Below are positions 47,581 to 57,024 of a stretch of 64,000 bases of DNA, one piece after another. The stretch is from Flavobacteriales bacterium (lineage in GTDB: Bacteria > Bacteroidota > Bacteroidia > Flavobacteriales_F > PHOS-HE28), in contig JAHDVX010000005.1 in the NCBI GenBank assembly GCA_023382455.1, positions 133,861 through 197,860 on the forward strand. The letters run 5' to 3'. Both the position numbers and the translations under genes were made by a program. Numbering within the stretch: the stretch's first letter is position 1; each line of letters begins with the position of its first letter. The notes beneath the pieces are model-generated. The model had not been told where the DNA came from. It did not search any database and was given only the letters and a program-made list of their open reading frames with translations.

Positions 47581-47785
47581 GGAGCGTCTGGTGTTCCATT
47601 CATGCCCGACGCGGCCCATGGCACAGGCATGGTTTGCTTCCTACAAGAGAAGCCCTTGAAGTGATGGTTCCTGCCGCGAATTGCAAAGCGCAATGCGAAG
47701 AGGAAACCGGTCCGCATGCCGGGACATTCCGTGGAAAAGGGGGTGGAGTCGCGGGTGGATGCGTGCTGGCTGCTACTTTCCCACC

Positions 47786-48733
47786 ATGAAATTGCGACAG
47801 CTTCCGCTCTTCCTCCTGCTCATCGCCGCCCTGAGCTCATGCAATGTGGTGCATATGGGCGTGCGCCGCGACACCAAGGCCATGGAGAAGGCAGGGCTGA
47901 AGGCCTACACCTTCACCGATGCCGCGGGGCCGCACTACGTGTGGAGCAGCACCAAGCCGGGCAGCGCCGATGATGGCCGGCCGAAGCTGATGCTGGTGCA
48001 TGGCATCACCAGCCAAAGTCTGATGTGGGCCAGGAACGTGAAGGACCTGTCCGCACACTACGACCTGATCATCCCCGACCTGATCGGCCATGGCCACAGC
48101 ACCGCGCGGTGGACCGGCAACAGCGTGAATGCCCAGACAGCGCACTTGGACCAGATCCTGGACAGCCTCAAGATCGAACAACCGGTGAACCTGGTGGGCG
48201 GTTCCTACGGCGGCGCCATCGCGGCCAACTTCGCCGAGCAGTACCCGGAACGCGTGAAGAAGCTGGTGATCTACGACGGGCCGGCCAGCGATTACACGCG
48301 CGCCATGGCGGACAGCGTGGCGCGGTCCGTGGGCGCCGCGGGCATCAAGGACCTCTTTGAGCCCAAGGACCCGGAAGGCCAGAGGCGCCTCATCTCATTG
48401 GTCACCTACAAACCGATGAAGGTGCCGCGCTTTGCCCTGCACCAGCTGTACGAGGCCATGAAGGACAAGATGCCGAACTACTCCTCACTGCTGCAGGACC
48501 TGCTGGACCGTGCACCGCAGTATGAGCAGAAGACCTACCGCTGGCCCATGCCGGTGTATGTGTTCTGGGGCGCGGGCGACCGCCTGATCCCGATCTCCGT
48601 GGGCCGGGGCATCGTGGCCCGGAACCACCTGCCGGCGGACCATTTCCTGGTGATCCCCCAAGCGGGCCATTCCGGAAACGTGGAGCAGCCGGAGTGGTTC
48701 AACGCCCATTTGATGGAGGTGTTGGGCAAGTAG
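47786..48733 (+). CDS. alpha/beta hydrolase lipoprotein
   Basis: Lipobox LSSC, HGITS, GGSYGG nucleophile elbow, C-terminal His. Confidence 0.8.
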   Translation: MKLRQLPLFLLLIAALSSCNVVHMGVRRDTKAMEKAGLKAYTFTDAAGPHYVWSSTKPGSADDGRPKLMLVHGITSQSLMWARNVKDLSAHYDLIIPDLIGHGHSTARWTGNSVNAQTAHLDQILDSLKIEQPVNLVGGSYGGAIAANFAEQYPERVKKLVIYDGPASDYTRAMADSVARSVGAAGIKDLFEPKDPEGQRRLISLVTYKPMKVPRFALHQLYEAMKDKMPNYSSLLQDLLDRAPQYEQKTYRWPMPVYVFWGAGDRLIPISVGRGIVARNHLPADHFLVIPQAGHSGNVEQPEWFNAHLMEVLGK

Positions 48734-48755
48734 GAAGCCTCTTGCCCGGGCTTCG

Positions 48756-49655
48756 TCATCGCGCTGCCGTCATCCTCCCCAAGACCAAGGTGAGCCAACA
48801 ACCCGCCACGAACGGAAAGGTGAACACCCCGCCAAAGGGGGCCAACCATCCTGAGGCCAGCAGGCCGAAATGCAGCGCCAGGGTGATCAGTACGGCGATG
48901 AACAGCCATCGCTTGCCTTGGCCTTCCTCGCCGGAGAAGGCAATGGCCGTAAGCAGTGCATTGAAGCCGAACAACCCGGACTGAACGGCCGCGTCCGGCT
49001 CGCCCAGGGCCAAGGCCACCGCAGAACCGGCGTATGCAGCCGCCAAGCCCAACAAGGCCGCGCGGGGCGAGGCCACCAGCACCCCGAGGAAGAAGAGGAT
49101 GCCGGACCAGGTGTTCCCCTGGAAAATGACCTGTCCGTAGCTCTTGGCCCCCCACAGCAGCATGGAGGATGGGCCTGCCGTTTCCATGGCTGCGGGCGCC
49201 GCCTCGGCAGCCCCGGGGAATTGGTGCAACACGAAGATGAAAACCCATGTGATCAGCACGTACGGGAAGGTGTATCCCGGAAGCTGCCGCCGAATGAAGA
49301 TGTGCTGCAGCATGGCCGCCAGCACGCCGCCCGCCACCACCATGGCCCAGATCAAGGTGGTTCCTTGGAAGACCAACACCAGCGCCACGCCCACCAACGC
49401 CGCACTGAAGCCGTGCAGCCCGGCTTGTACATCCGCCGGGCTGAAACGCAGCAACCGGGCGGTGAGCGTGCCCGCCACCGTGGCCACCAGCGCCGCCGCA
49501 CCGAAGTGCAGGCCGCCCACGAACAGGCCGGCCAGAAAGAACAGACCGGTAAAGCGATCTCCCTGCAGCATGATCTGCCCCAGGCCCTTCAGGACGGCAT
49601 CCGCGAAAGGCCAGCGGAGGAAGAACCGGTCCATGTGTGTGCGGAGGGCGTTCAT
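48756..49655 (-). CDS. urea transporter (UT family)
   Basis: ~10 TM; N-terminal region LKGLGQIMLQGDRFTGLFFLAGLFV resembles the UT signature. Start uncertain (49655 or 49634); the track M1 at 49733 is also ATG. Confidence 0.6.
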   Translation of the reverse strand: MNALRTHMDRFFLRWPFADAVLKGLGQIMLQGDRFTGLFFLAGLFVGGLHFGAAALVATVAGTLTARLLRFSPADVQAGLHGFSAALVGVALVLVFQGTTLIWAMVVAGGVLAAMLQHIFIRRQLPGYTFPYVLITWVFIFVLHQFPGAAEAAPAAMETAGPSSMLLWGAKSYGQVIFQGNTWSGILFFLGVLVASPRAALLGLAAAYAGSAVALALGEPDAAVQSGLFGFNALLTAIAFSGEEGQGKRWLFIAVLITLALHFGLLASGWLAPFGGVFTFPFVAGCWLTLVLGRMTAAR

Positions 49656-50049
49656 GGAAATCGGGTCCGTGGCCAAGGTAGTCCGCCGGGTGGCATGGGC
49701 ATCCCGGTACTGCTTGACTGGACCGTCGCCCATTGGGCCTGAGGCGATGGCCCTAACAATGCCTTGCGAGTGCCTCGAAGAACCTCGCTCCGGTCTCTTG
49801 CGCCATAACTCCTTGCTCCGCCGAAGCGGCTACTCAAAGGCGAAGTCAGCGACGGCGCGCGTCGTTCATGGCAAGGGCGTATAGCGGTCATCGCTTGCCT
49901 TCATTCGCCCCTACTTCTCCCGCCAAGTCGGAATGAAACAGTTGCCTCCGCCGGTCGGATGCTTCGTTCCCGTTTTCTCTCTTCGGAACGCCTCGTTTGG
50001 ACGAATGATAGCGGCGCGCGCCATCCGTTCGAGGTTTTTCGAGGCACCT

Positions 50050-50601
50050 TTATTCCACCGGCACTTGCCGATCCTCGCCGCGCAGGATCCGGCATTTGCC
50101 GGAAAAGGCCAGGTCCTGGGTGATGCTCCTGCGGCCATGGCCGAAGAACACCGCGGTATCCGGCTGGGAGGCATTCAGGTTCAGCAGCACGGTGTTCTCC
50201 TTCCATCGCCCGTCGGGCATCAGCGAACGGTCGTACCAGATCACGCCCACCGTGTCCCGGAGTACTTCACCGACGAAGACCTGGGCCTCATAGAAGCACT
50301 TCCCATCGCCACCGCCCAGCAGACGCCCGGGCATATGCCACGGGGTGAATCGTTCAAGGTTGGCCGTGCTGTCTGCCAGCGGAATGATGTACAGCCCGTC
50401 ACCGGCGGGTCCCGCACCATTGTCCGGCCTGTGCATCAGCAACCATGTGCCCCCGCTGGGCGTGGAAAGGCGCCGGAGCTCAACAGCGCCGGCAGGAGCA
50501 GGGCGCTTGTCCTGTTTTGAATCCGGTTGAAGGCCGGCACGGAATGGGGCTACCGCAACGGCCAAGGGAAGGAGGAGAAGCAGTGCGGGCTTGGCGTGCA
50601 T
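50050..50601 (-). CDS. hypothetical secreted protein (183 aa)
   Basis: Signal peptide MHAKPALLLLLPLAVAVAPFRAG; no recognisable domain. Confidence 0.45.
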   Translation of the reverse strand: MHAKPALLLLLPLAVAVAPFRAGLQPDSKQDKRPAPAGAVELRRLSTPSGGTWLLMHRPDNGAGPAGDGLYIIPLADSTANLERFTPWHMPGRLLGGGDGKCFYEAQVFVGEVLRDTVGVIWYDRSLMPDGRWKENTVLLNLNASQPDTAVFFGHGRRSITQDLAFSGKCRILRGEDRQVPVE

Positions 50602-50759
50602 GGGGGCAGGCTGGCTGGTGCACGAAGCTACTGAGGGCAGGTGAAAATTCAGCATCGCCCACCTGTTGGACGGATCATTTTGGCCCCGGAGAAGCAACGG
50701 GTCGCCATCGTCCTTGCCTGGTTCAACACACGCCCGCAGTTGGCGTGTTGGCGGAGTTG

Positions 50760-52178
50760 TCAAGGCGCAAGGCTTCCGGCCAGCCACTTCAGGCGCAGCT
50801 CCGCCATTTTCGCCTCGAACTGCGCGGTAAGCAACCGGTTCTCCGCCGCCAGCACGCCTTGTTGCACGTCGCGCAGCTCCACCGCCGTGAGCATGCCCAA
50901 CCGGTAGCTCTCCAGGGCCACGTGCTGCTGGGTGCGGAAGCCTTCCAGGTTTCCTTCCTCCAGGGCCACACGTTGGAGGGCATTCCGGTACTGCGTCCAG
51001 AGGTCGAGCAGGTCGCGTTCCAGTTCCAGTTGCACCTGTTGCACGGCGAGGTCCGCCTGCTCGCCCGCCAGGCGTGCCTGCTTCACCGCTTTCACGGCCC
51101 CGCCGCGGAAGAGCGGCACGCTGAGCGTGAGGCCGTATTGCGGCCCCAATCGCTCGTTGCTCTTGAGGAAACCGGCATTGGAGGTGCTGCGCGACCAGCC
51201 GTAGTTGGCGAAGCCATCCAGCTTGGGCAGCAGGGTGCCCCGCAGCTCCTTCACGCTGAGGTCCGCGGCGATGCGCTCCTCGCGGGCCAGTTGCAGGCCG
51301 GAGTTGGCGTTGAGTGCGGCCTGGCGCAAGGTGTCCAACTGCAACGGCGCCGTGGCGGGGATCACGCTGTCCACGGTGAAGGGGGTGCCGGGGTCGCGGC
51401 CCAGCAGCGTGTTCAACGCGGTGTGGGCCATGGCGGCCTGTTGGGCGAGGTCCAGCAGTTGGGCACTGTCGGTGCCCAGGTCCAGGCGCGCTTGTACCAG
51501 CTCCAGGCCGGAAGCGGCACCGAGGCGTTCACCGGTCTCCGCGATGGCGTAGCGCTCGCGGGTGGTTTCCAGGGAACGCTGCAGCACCCGCACGGCCTTT
51601 TCCAGCTGCACCAGCTGATAGTAGCCGGTGAGCACGCTGTAGGTGGTGGCCTCCAGTTGTTGGCGCAGTTGCTGCCCGCCTATGCGCTCCTGGGCTTCCA
51701 AACGGTCCTTGGCGGCGAACATCGTAAGGCCGTCGAAGAGGGTCCAGGTCAGTTCCACCTCGCCGCCGATCGATCGGGCGTCCGCGTTGTCCGTGGTGCG
51801 ATTTTCCCCGGTGAAGAACTCCTGCGTGGTGCTTGCATTGTCCACGCTGTAGCTGCCGTTGGCGTTCACCGACGGCAGCATGCCGGCCGCTCCGGGATTG
51901 TTGCCCAGCTTGGTGATGGCCGCGGCATTCCGCGCGATGCGCACGCCGTGGTTCTTCTCCAAGGCGATGGCCACGGCCTGCTCGGGCGTGAGCACTTGGG
52001 CCGTGGAGGCGAGGGGGAGGAGGAAGAGGAGGAAGGTGAGGAGGGTGACGGAGGGAAAGGAGGTAAGGATGGTAAAGGGGGTAAAGGAGGTGAGGCAGGT
52101 ATGGCCGGAACGGAGGCGGGGGATGCGGCGCCGCCCCGATGAACATGCCTGAGGCCACGGGAGGGTGGAGGTGATCAT
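50760..52178 (-). CDS. TolC-family outer-membrane efflux protein
   Basis: Two TolC repeats; ATGA overlap with the RND gene. Unusually long low-complexity N-terminal leader (LTSF/P repeats) before the signal-peptide cleavage region ASTAQ. Confidence 0.8.
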   Translation of the reverse strand: MITSTLPWPQACSSGRRRIPRLRSGHTCLTSFTPFTILTSFPSVTLLTFLLFLLPLASTAQVLTPEQAVAIALEKNHGVRIARNAAAITKLGNNPGAAGMLPSVNANGSYSVDNASTTQEFFTGENRTTDNADARSIGGEVELTWTLFDGLTMFAAKDRLEAQERIGGQQLRQQLEATTYSVLTGYYQLVQLEKAVRVLQRSLETTRERYAIAETGERLGAASGLELVQARLDLGTDSAQLLDLAQQAAMAHTALNTLLGRDPGTPFTVDSVIPATAPLQLDTLRQAALNANSGLQLAREERIAADLSVKELRGTLLPKLDGFANYGWSRSTSNAGFLKSNERLGPQYGLTLSVPLFRGGAVKAVKQARLAGEQADLAVQQVQLELERDLLDLWTQYRNALQRVALEEGNLEGFRTQQHVALESYRLGMLTAVELRDVQQGVLAAENRLLTAQFEAKMAELRLKWLAGSLAP

Positions 52179-55100
52179 GGTTGCGCGTTCTCGTTTTCCC
52201 CGGATCCACCGGCTTGTGCCTTCAGGTATTCCTTGCTTTCCCCGCTCATGTAGCTGTACAGCCCCGGCACTACGTAAAGGGTGAGCACCAGCGAGAACAG
52301 CAACCCGCCGATGATGACGATGCCCATGGGGATTCGGCTCTTGGCCGCCGCACCAAGCCCCAGCGCGATGGGCAGCACGCCCAGTACCATGGCCAAGGTG
52401 GTCATCAGGATGGGGCGCAGGCGCTGCGTGGCGGCATCGATCACCGCGTCGTACTTCCGCAGGCCATGTTCTTTGCGCTGATTGGCGAATTCCACGATGA
52501 GGATGCCGTTCTTGGTCACCAGGCCGATGAGCACGATGATGCCAATGTTGCTGAAGATGTTCAGCGTATGGTCGCCCAGCCAGAGCGAGATCACGGCACC
52601 GGTCAAGGCCAAGGGTACGGTGAACATGATCACCATGGGGTCCACCCAGCTTTCGAACTGGGCGGCCAGGATGAGGAAGACCAGCACCAGTGCGAGGGCA
52701 AAGGCGAACACCAGGCTGCTGCCGCTCTCGGCGAATTCCTTGCTTTCCCCGGCCAGTGCGGTGCTGAAGCTGTCGTCCAGCAAATCCTCGGCGATGCGGT
52801 CCATGGCGGCGATGCCGTCGCCGATGGTGTAGCCTTCGGCGGGATCGGCGCTGATGGTGGCACTTACGAAACGGTTGTACCGGAAGAGTTGCGGCGGCGT
52901 GCTTTCGTCGGTGAGGCGCACCAGGTTGTCCAACTGGATCAGGTCGCCATTGGTGTTGCGCACGTAGGCGCTGCTGAGGTCCACGGGGGCATCGCGGTTG
53001 CTGCGCATGGCCTGGCCGATCACCTGGTACTGCTTTCCCCGGAAGATGAAGTAGCCGTAGCGCTGGCCGCTGAAATAGAGCTGGAGCGTCTCGGCCAGGT
53101 CCTGCATGGTGACACCCATGGCACGCGCCCGGTCGCGGTCGATCTCCACTCGCATCTCCGGCTTGTTGAACTTCAGGTTCAGGTCGCTCACGCGGAAGGT
53201 CTTGTCCTGGTTCACCCGCTCCATGAAGGCCGGGATCACTTCGCGCAGCCGCTCGAAGTTCGGCGCCTGAAGTACGTATTGCACTGGCAGCCCGCCGCCC
53301 CGGCCCCCGCCGATGGTGGCTTCCTGTGCCACGAAGGTGCGGGCGAAGTTGTGCTTCTGCACCTGCGCCATCACCTGTTTGGCCAGTTGGTCCTGCGTAC
53401 GTGTCCGGTCCTCCGGTTGTACCAGGGCCACCATCACAAAGCCGGTGTTGGTGCTCAAGGCGGACCCGAAGCTGGGGGCGGTAACGCTGAGCAGGGATTG
53501 GCGCTCGGGCAATGTGTCCACGGTCTCGATGATGTCCGTCAAGTAGTCGTTCATCATCTCATAGCTGGTGCCTTCGGGCGCGGTGCTCATGATCCGGAAG
53601 CGGCTCTTGTCCTCCAAGGGCGCCAGTTCGCTCTGCAGCTGGCTGCCCACCAGGAGCGTGAGCCCCACGCTGGCGAGCATGATCACCCAGGCCACCCACC
53701 GCACGGTCATGAACCGCTTCAGCGACTTGTTGTAGCCCTCGGTCATCCGGTGGAAGAAGCGTTCGGAAGCCTCGAACAGGCGGCCACGGCGGTGGCGCAC
53801 CTTCAGGAAATGGGCGCTCATCATGGGGGTGAGCGTAAGGCTGACCACGGCGCTGATGATGACGGCACCCGCCACGGTGACGCCGAACTCGCGGAAGAGC
53901 CGGCCGGTGAGGCCGCTGAGGAAGATCACCGGCAGGAACACCGCGGCGAGCGTGATGGTGATGCTCACGATGGCCATGGCGATCTCCTTGCTGCCCTCGT
54001 GCCCGGCACGGATGGGGTCCATGCCGTGTTCGATCTTGCTGTAGATGTTCTCCAGCACCACGATGGCGTCGTCCACCACGATGCCCGTGGCCAGCAGCAC
54101 GGCCAGCAGCGTGAGGATGTTGATGCTGAAGCCCGCGATGTACATGATGAAGAAGGCGCCGATCAGCGAGATGGGGATGGCGATCACGGGGATGAGCGTG
54201 GTGCGCCAGTCGCGCAGGAAGATGAAGATGATGAGCACCACCAGGGCGAAAGCGATGAAGATGGTCTCCTCCACCTCGCTGATGGCCTTGCGGATGCCCA
54301 CGGTGGTGTCCATGGCCAAGGTGTAGCGCAGGTCGTCCGGCAGTTCCTTCTTGATCTGCTCGACACGCTGGTGGAAAGCATCGGCGATGGCGATGTAGTT
54401 GCTGCCCGGCTGCGGGGTGATGGCCACGGCCACCATGGGCACCGCGCCAATGCCGCGCAGCAGGCTCCTCTCGTTTTCCGGAAGCAGCTCGGCGCGGCCC
54501 ACGTCGCGAAGGCGCACCACGGTGCCGCCGTTGTCCCGCAGGATCAGGTCGTTGAATTGCACGGGCGTGCTCATCCGGCCCATGGTGCGGATGGTGAGCT
54601 CGGTGCGGTAGCCTTCGATGCGGCCGCTGGGCAGTTCCACGTTTTCACGCAGCAGGGCCGCGCGGACGTCACTCGGGGTGACGTTGTACCCCGCCATTTT
54701 CACCGGGTCCAGCAGCAACTTCATGCTGTACTTCTTCTCGCCCCAGATGTTGATCTGGCTCACCCCCGGGATCGTCTGCAGCCGTTCCTTGAAATCATTG
54801 TTGGCGATCTCGGTCAGCTCCAGCAGGTCGCGCTGGTCGCTTTGGATCGTCATGGAGATGATCGGGCTGCTGTCGGCATCGCTCTTCACCACGATGGGCG
54901 GGTCGGCATCCTGTGGCAGGTTGCGCACGGCCCGGCTCACGCGGTCGCGCACGTCGTTGGCTGCGGCCTCCAGGTCCTGGTCCAGCTCGAATTCCACCGT
55001 GATGGTGCTGCGCCCGTCCGTGCTGATGCTGCTCAGCGTGCGGATGCCGGCGATGCCGTTGATGCTTTCCTCCAGGATCTCGGTGATCTGGCTCTCGATG

Positions 55101-55273
55101 ATGTCGGCGTTGGCGCCGGGGTAGTTGGTGGTGACGGTGATCACCGGCGGGTCCACGCTGGGGTATTCCCGTACACCGAGGTAGGTGAAGCCGATCACCC
55201 CGAACAGTACGAGCAGGATCGAGATCACCGTGGCCAGCACGGGCCGGTTGATGGAGAGGGAGCTGATGTTCAT
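52175..55273 (-). CDS. RND multidrug efflux permease (AcrB/HAE1 family)
   Basis: 1032 aa, 12-TM AcrB architecture. Confidence 0.95.
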   Translation of the reverse strand: MNISSLSINRPVLATVISILLVLFGVIGFTYLGVREYPSVDPPVITVTTNYPGANADIIESQITEILEESINGIAGIRTLSSISTDGRSTITVEFELDQDLEAAANDVRDRVSRAVRNLPQDADPPIVVKSDADSSPIISMTIQSDQRDLLELTEIANNDFKERLQTIPGVSQINIWGEKKYSMKLLLDPVKMAGYNVTPSDVRAALLRENVELPSGRIEGYRTELTIRTMGRMSTPVQFNDLILRDNGGTVVRLRDVGRAELLPENERSLLRGIGAVPMVAVAITPQPGSNYIAIADAFHQRVEQIKKELPDDLRYTLAMDTTVGIRKAISEVEETIFIAFALVVLIIFIFLRDWRTTLIPVIAIPISLIGAFFIMYIAGFSINILTLLAVLLATGIVVDDAIVVLENIYSKIEHGMDPIRAGHEGSKEIAMAIVSITITLAAVFLPVIFLSGLTGRLFREFGVTVAGAVIISAVVSLTLTPMMSAHFLKVRHRRGRLFEASERFFHRMTEGYNKSLKRFMTVRWVAWVIMLASVGLTLLVGSQLQSELAPLEDKSRFRIMSTAPEGTSYEMMNDYLTDIIETVDTLPERQSLLSVTAPSFGSALSTNTGFVMVALVQPEDRTRTQDQLAKQVMAQVQKHNFARTFVAQEATIGGGRGGGLPVQYVLQAPNFERLREVIPAFMERVNQDKTFRVSDLNLKFNKPEMRVEIDRDRARAMGVTMQDLAETLQLYFSGQRYGYFIFRGKQYQVIGQAMRSNRDAPVDLSSAYVRNTNGDLIQLDNLVRLTDESTPPQLFRYNRFVSATISADPAEGYTIGDGIAAMDRIAEDLLDDSFSTALAGESKEFAESGSSLVFAFALALVLVFLILAAQFESWVDPMVIMFTVPLALTGAVISLWLGDHTLNIFSNIGIIVLIGLVTKNGILIVEFANQRKEHGLRKYDAVIDAATQRLRPILMTTLAMVLGVLPIALGLGAAAKSRIPMGIVIIGGLLFSLVLTLYVVPGLYSYMSGESKEYLKAQAGGSGENENAQP

Positions 55274-55277
55274 GGTC

Positions 55278-56390
55278 CTAATTCTCCTCGTCCGATTCCG
55301 CGATGTCCGGCTTGGCGGTGCCGTTGGTGGTCTTTTTGGCCAGGGCGGGCTTCACCGCCATGCCGTCGCGCACGGCCAGCAAGGCACTGGTGATCACCGT
55401 GTCCCCGGGCTGCACATGGCTGGTCAGTTGCACGCTGGTCTCCGTGCGGATGCCGATGTGGACCCGCACGCTGTGTGCCTTGCCGCCCTTCATCACCATC
55501 ACCTTTTCCCCTTGGATATCGGGCACCAGGGCTTCAGCAGGAATAGTAAGCGCATCCGGGATGGTCTCCAGCCGCACATCCACTTTTGCAAAGCTGCCCG
55601 GCACCAGGCGCCCGCCCGGATTGGCGCACCGCGCGCGCACCTTGATGCTGCGCGTGGCCAGGTCCACGCTGGCCTCCTCGGCATAGACCTCCGCCACGTG
55701 TTTCGTGGTGTCCCCTTCCAGGGTGAAGCCCACCTTGGTGCCCGGCCGCAGCTGGCGGGCATAGCGCTCAGGTACGGAGAAGTCGAGCTTGATGGGGTCC
55801 GACTGGGTAAGGGTGGCAATGGGCGAGTTCGGGCTCACGAAACCGCCTGCGCTGACATTGCGCAGGCCTACGGTACCGCTGAAAGGCGCCCGGATGGTGT
55901 ACTTGGCGATCAAGGCCTGCAGGTTGTCCACCTCGGCCTGCTTGCCGATACGCTGTGCGCGTGTGGCGTCGAAGGCCTCTTGGCTGATGCCCTTGGCCTG
56001 CAGCAGCTGCGCCTGCCTGTCCTCGGTGACCTGCGCCAACTGGAGCTCGGCCTGCGCCTTGCGCAGCTGGGCCTGCAGGTCGTCGTCCTGGAGGCGCACC
56101 AGCACTTGCCCTGCGGCCACGCGCTCGCCTTCACGGAAGTTGATCGACGCGATCCGGCCGTTCACCTCGCTTTGCAGCTCCACCGTTTCATTGGCCAGCA
56201 GCGTGCCGCTAGCACTGAACCGGTTGGTGAGTGGAGCGGGGGAGAGCACATGTACCTGCACGGCCATCGGGCCCGAGGGGCCCATGCCACCGGCAGGGCC
56301 GGCGCCCTTGTCCTCGCCACCGCAGCCGGCGGTGAGCATCAATAAGGCCAGGGCGGCTGTCCCGGACATGGACACATCGTTCTTCCTCAT
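55278..56390 (-). CDS. RND efflux periplasmic adaptor (membrane fusion protein)
   Basis: Lipobox LTAGCGG, coiled-coil hairpin, beta-barrel domains. Confidence 0.9.
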   Translation of the reverse strand: MRKNDVSMSGTAALALLMLTAGCGGEDKGAGPAGGMGPSGPMAVQVHVLSPAPLTNRFSASGTLLANETVELQSEVNGRIASINFREGERVAAGQVLVRLQDDDLQAQLRKAQAELQLAQVTEDRQAQLLQAKGISQEAFDATRAQRIGKQAEVDNLQALIAKYTIRAPFSGTVGLRNVSAGGFVSPNSPIATLTQSDPIKLDFSVPERYARQLRPGTKVGFTLEGDTTKHVAEVYAEEASVDLATRSIKVRARCANPGGRLVPGSFAKVDVRLETIPDALTIPAEALVPDIQGEKVMVMKGGKAHSVRVHIGIRTETSVQLTSHVQPGDTVITSALLAVRDGMAVKPALAKKTTNGTAKPDIAESDEEN

Positions 56391-56854
56391 CGCGTACTGC
56401 TTGGGTTCGTTTTGGTGCTTGAGTTGGCCTTTTTAAGCCGCTCCACCATGTATTTCACTTCCTGGATCGCCGCCCATCGCTCCGCTGCCGGCATCCCGTC
56501 CAAGGCGATGCTGTTCAAGGAACTGTAGGACCGCCGTATGGAGCGGACCAATGGACGGGCCTTGGGCAGCAGCTCCAGATGATGCTTCCGGCGGTCGTTC
56601 GGGCAAGGCCGGCGTGCCACGTACCCCTCGGCGCTCAGGTGGTCGATGGCACGCACCATGGTGGCCTTGTCCAGGCTCAGCTCATCCGCCAATTGCTGCT
56701 GCGAGAGCGGGGCTTGGGCATCGGCCAGGTGTACCAGGATGTAGAACCAGCGGTCCAGCCCCTGGGGAACCAGCATCCTGCGCATGGCCAGCAGGTATTG
56801 TTGCCCGGCCATGGCACACCAATAGCCCAATGAATCCTCCTTATTCTTCGGCAT
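56387..56854 (-). CDS. MarR-family transcriptional regulator (first gene of the efflux operon)
   Basis: wHTH region LSQQQLADELSLDKATMVRAIDHLSAEGYVAR. 4-nt overlap with the MFP gene. Confidence 0.8.
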   Translation of the reverse strand: MPKNKEDSLGYWCAMAGQQYLLAMRRMLVPQGLDRWFYILVHLADAQAPLSQQQLADELSLDKATMVRAIDHLSAEGYVARRPCPNDRRKHHLELLPKARPLVRSIRRSYSSLNSIALDGMPAAERWAAIQEVKYMVERLKKANSSTKTNPSSTR

Positions 56855-57024
56855 CCACGATTTTCCGGGGCGCAAAGGTACCATGGAGATCGTTTCAAGT
56901 GAAACTATCTCCGCCCGCCGGGTTAATGATCGTGAAAGTCCCGGTGAACAGGCGGTCCCGGTGGTGCCCGTTCGGTAGGCTTCCCTTACTTTGCCGCCCT
57001 TGAACGGATCAAATCGAACCATCC

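Noticed and set aside
49656-50049. Guanidine-I (ykkC) riboswitch upstream of the urea transporter
   Set aside because: I looked for the conserved ykkC elements (GGGA...ACGG-type cores, CUAGGGUUCCG-like) on the sense strand and did not find them. A generic leader observation is kept as a low-interest finding.
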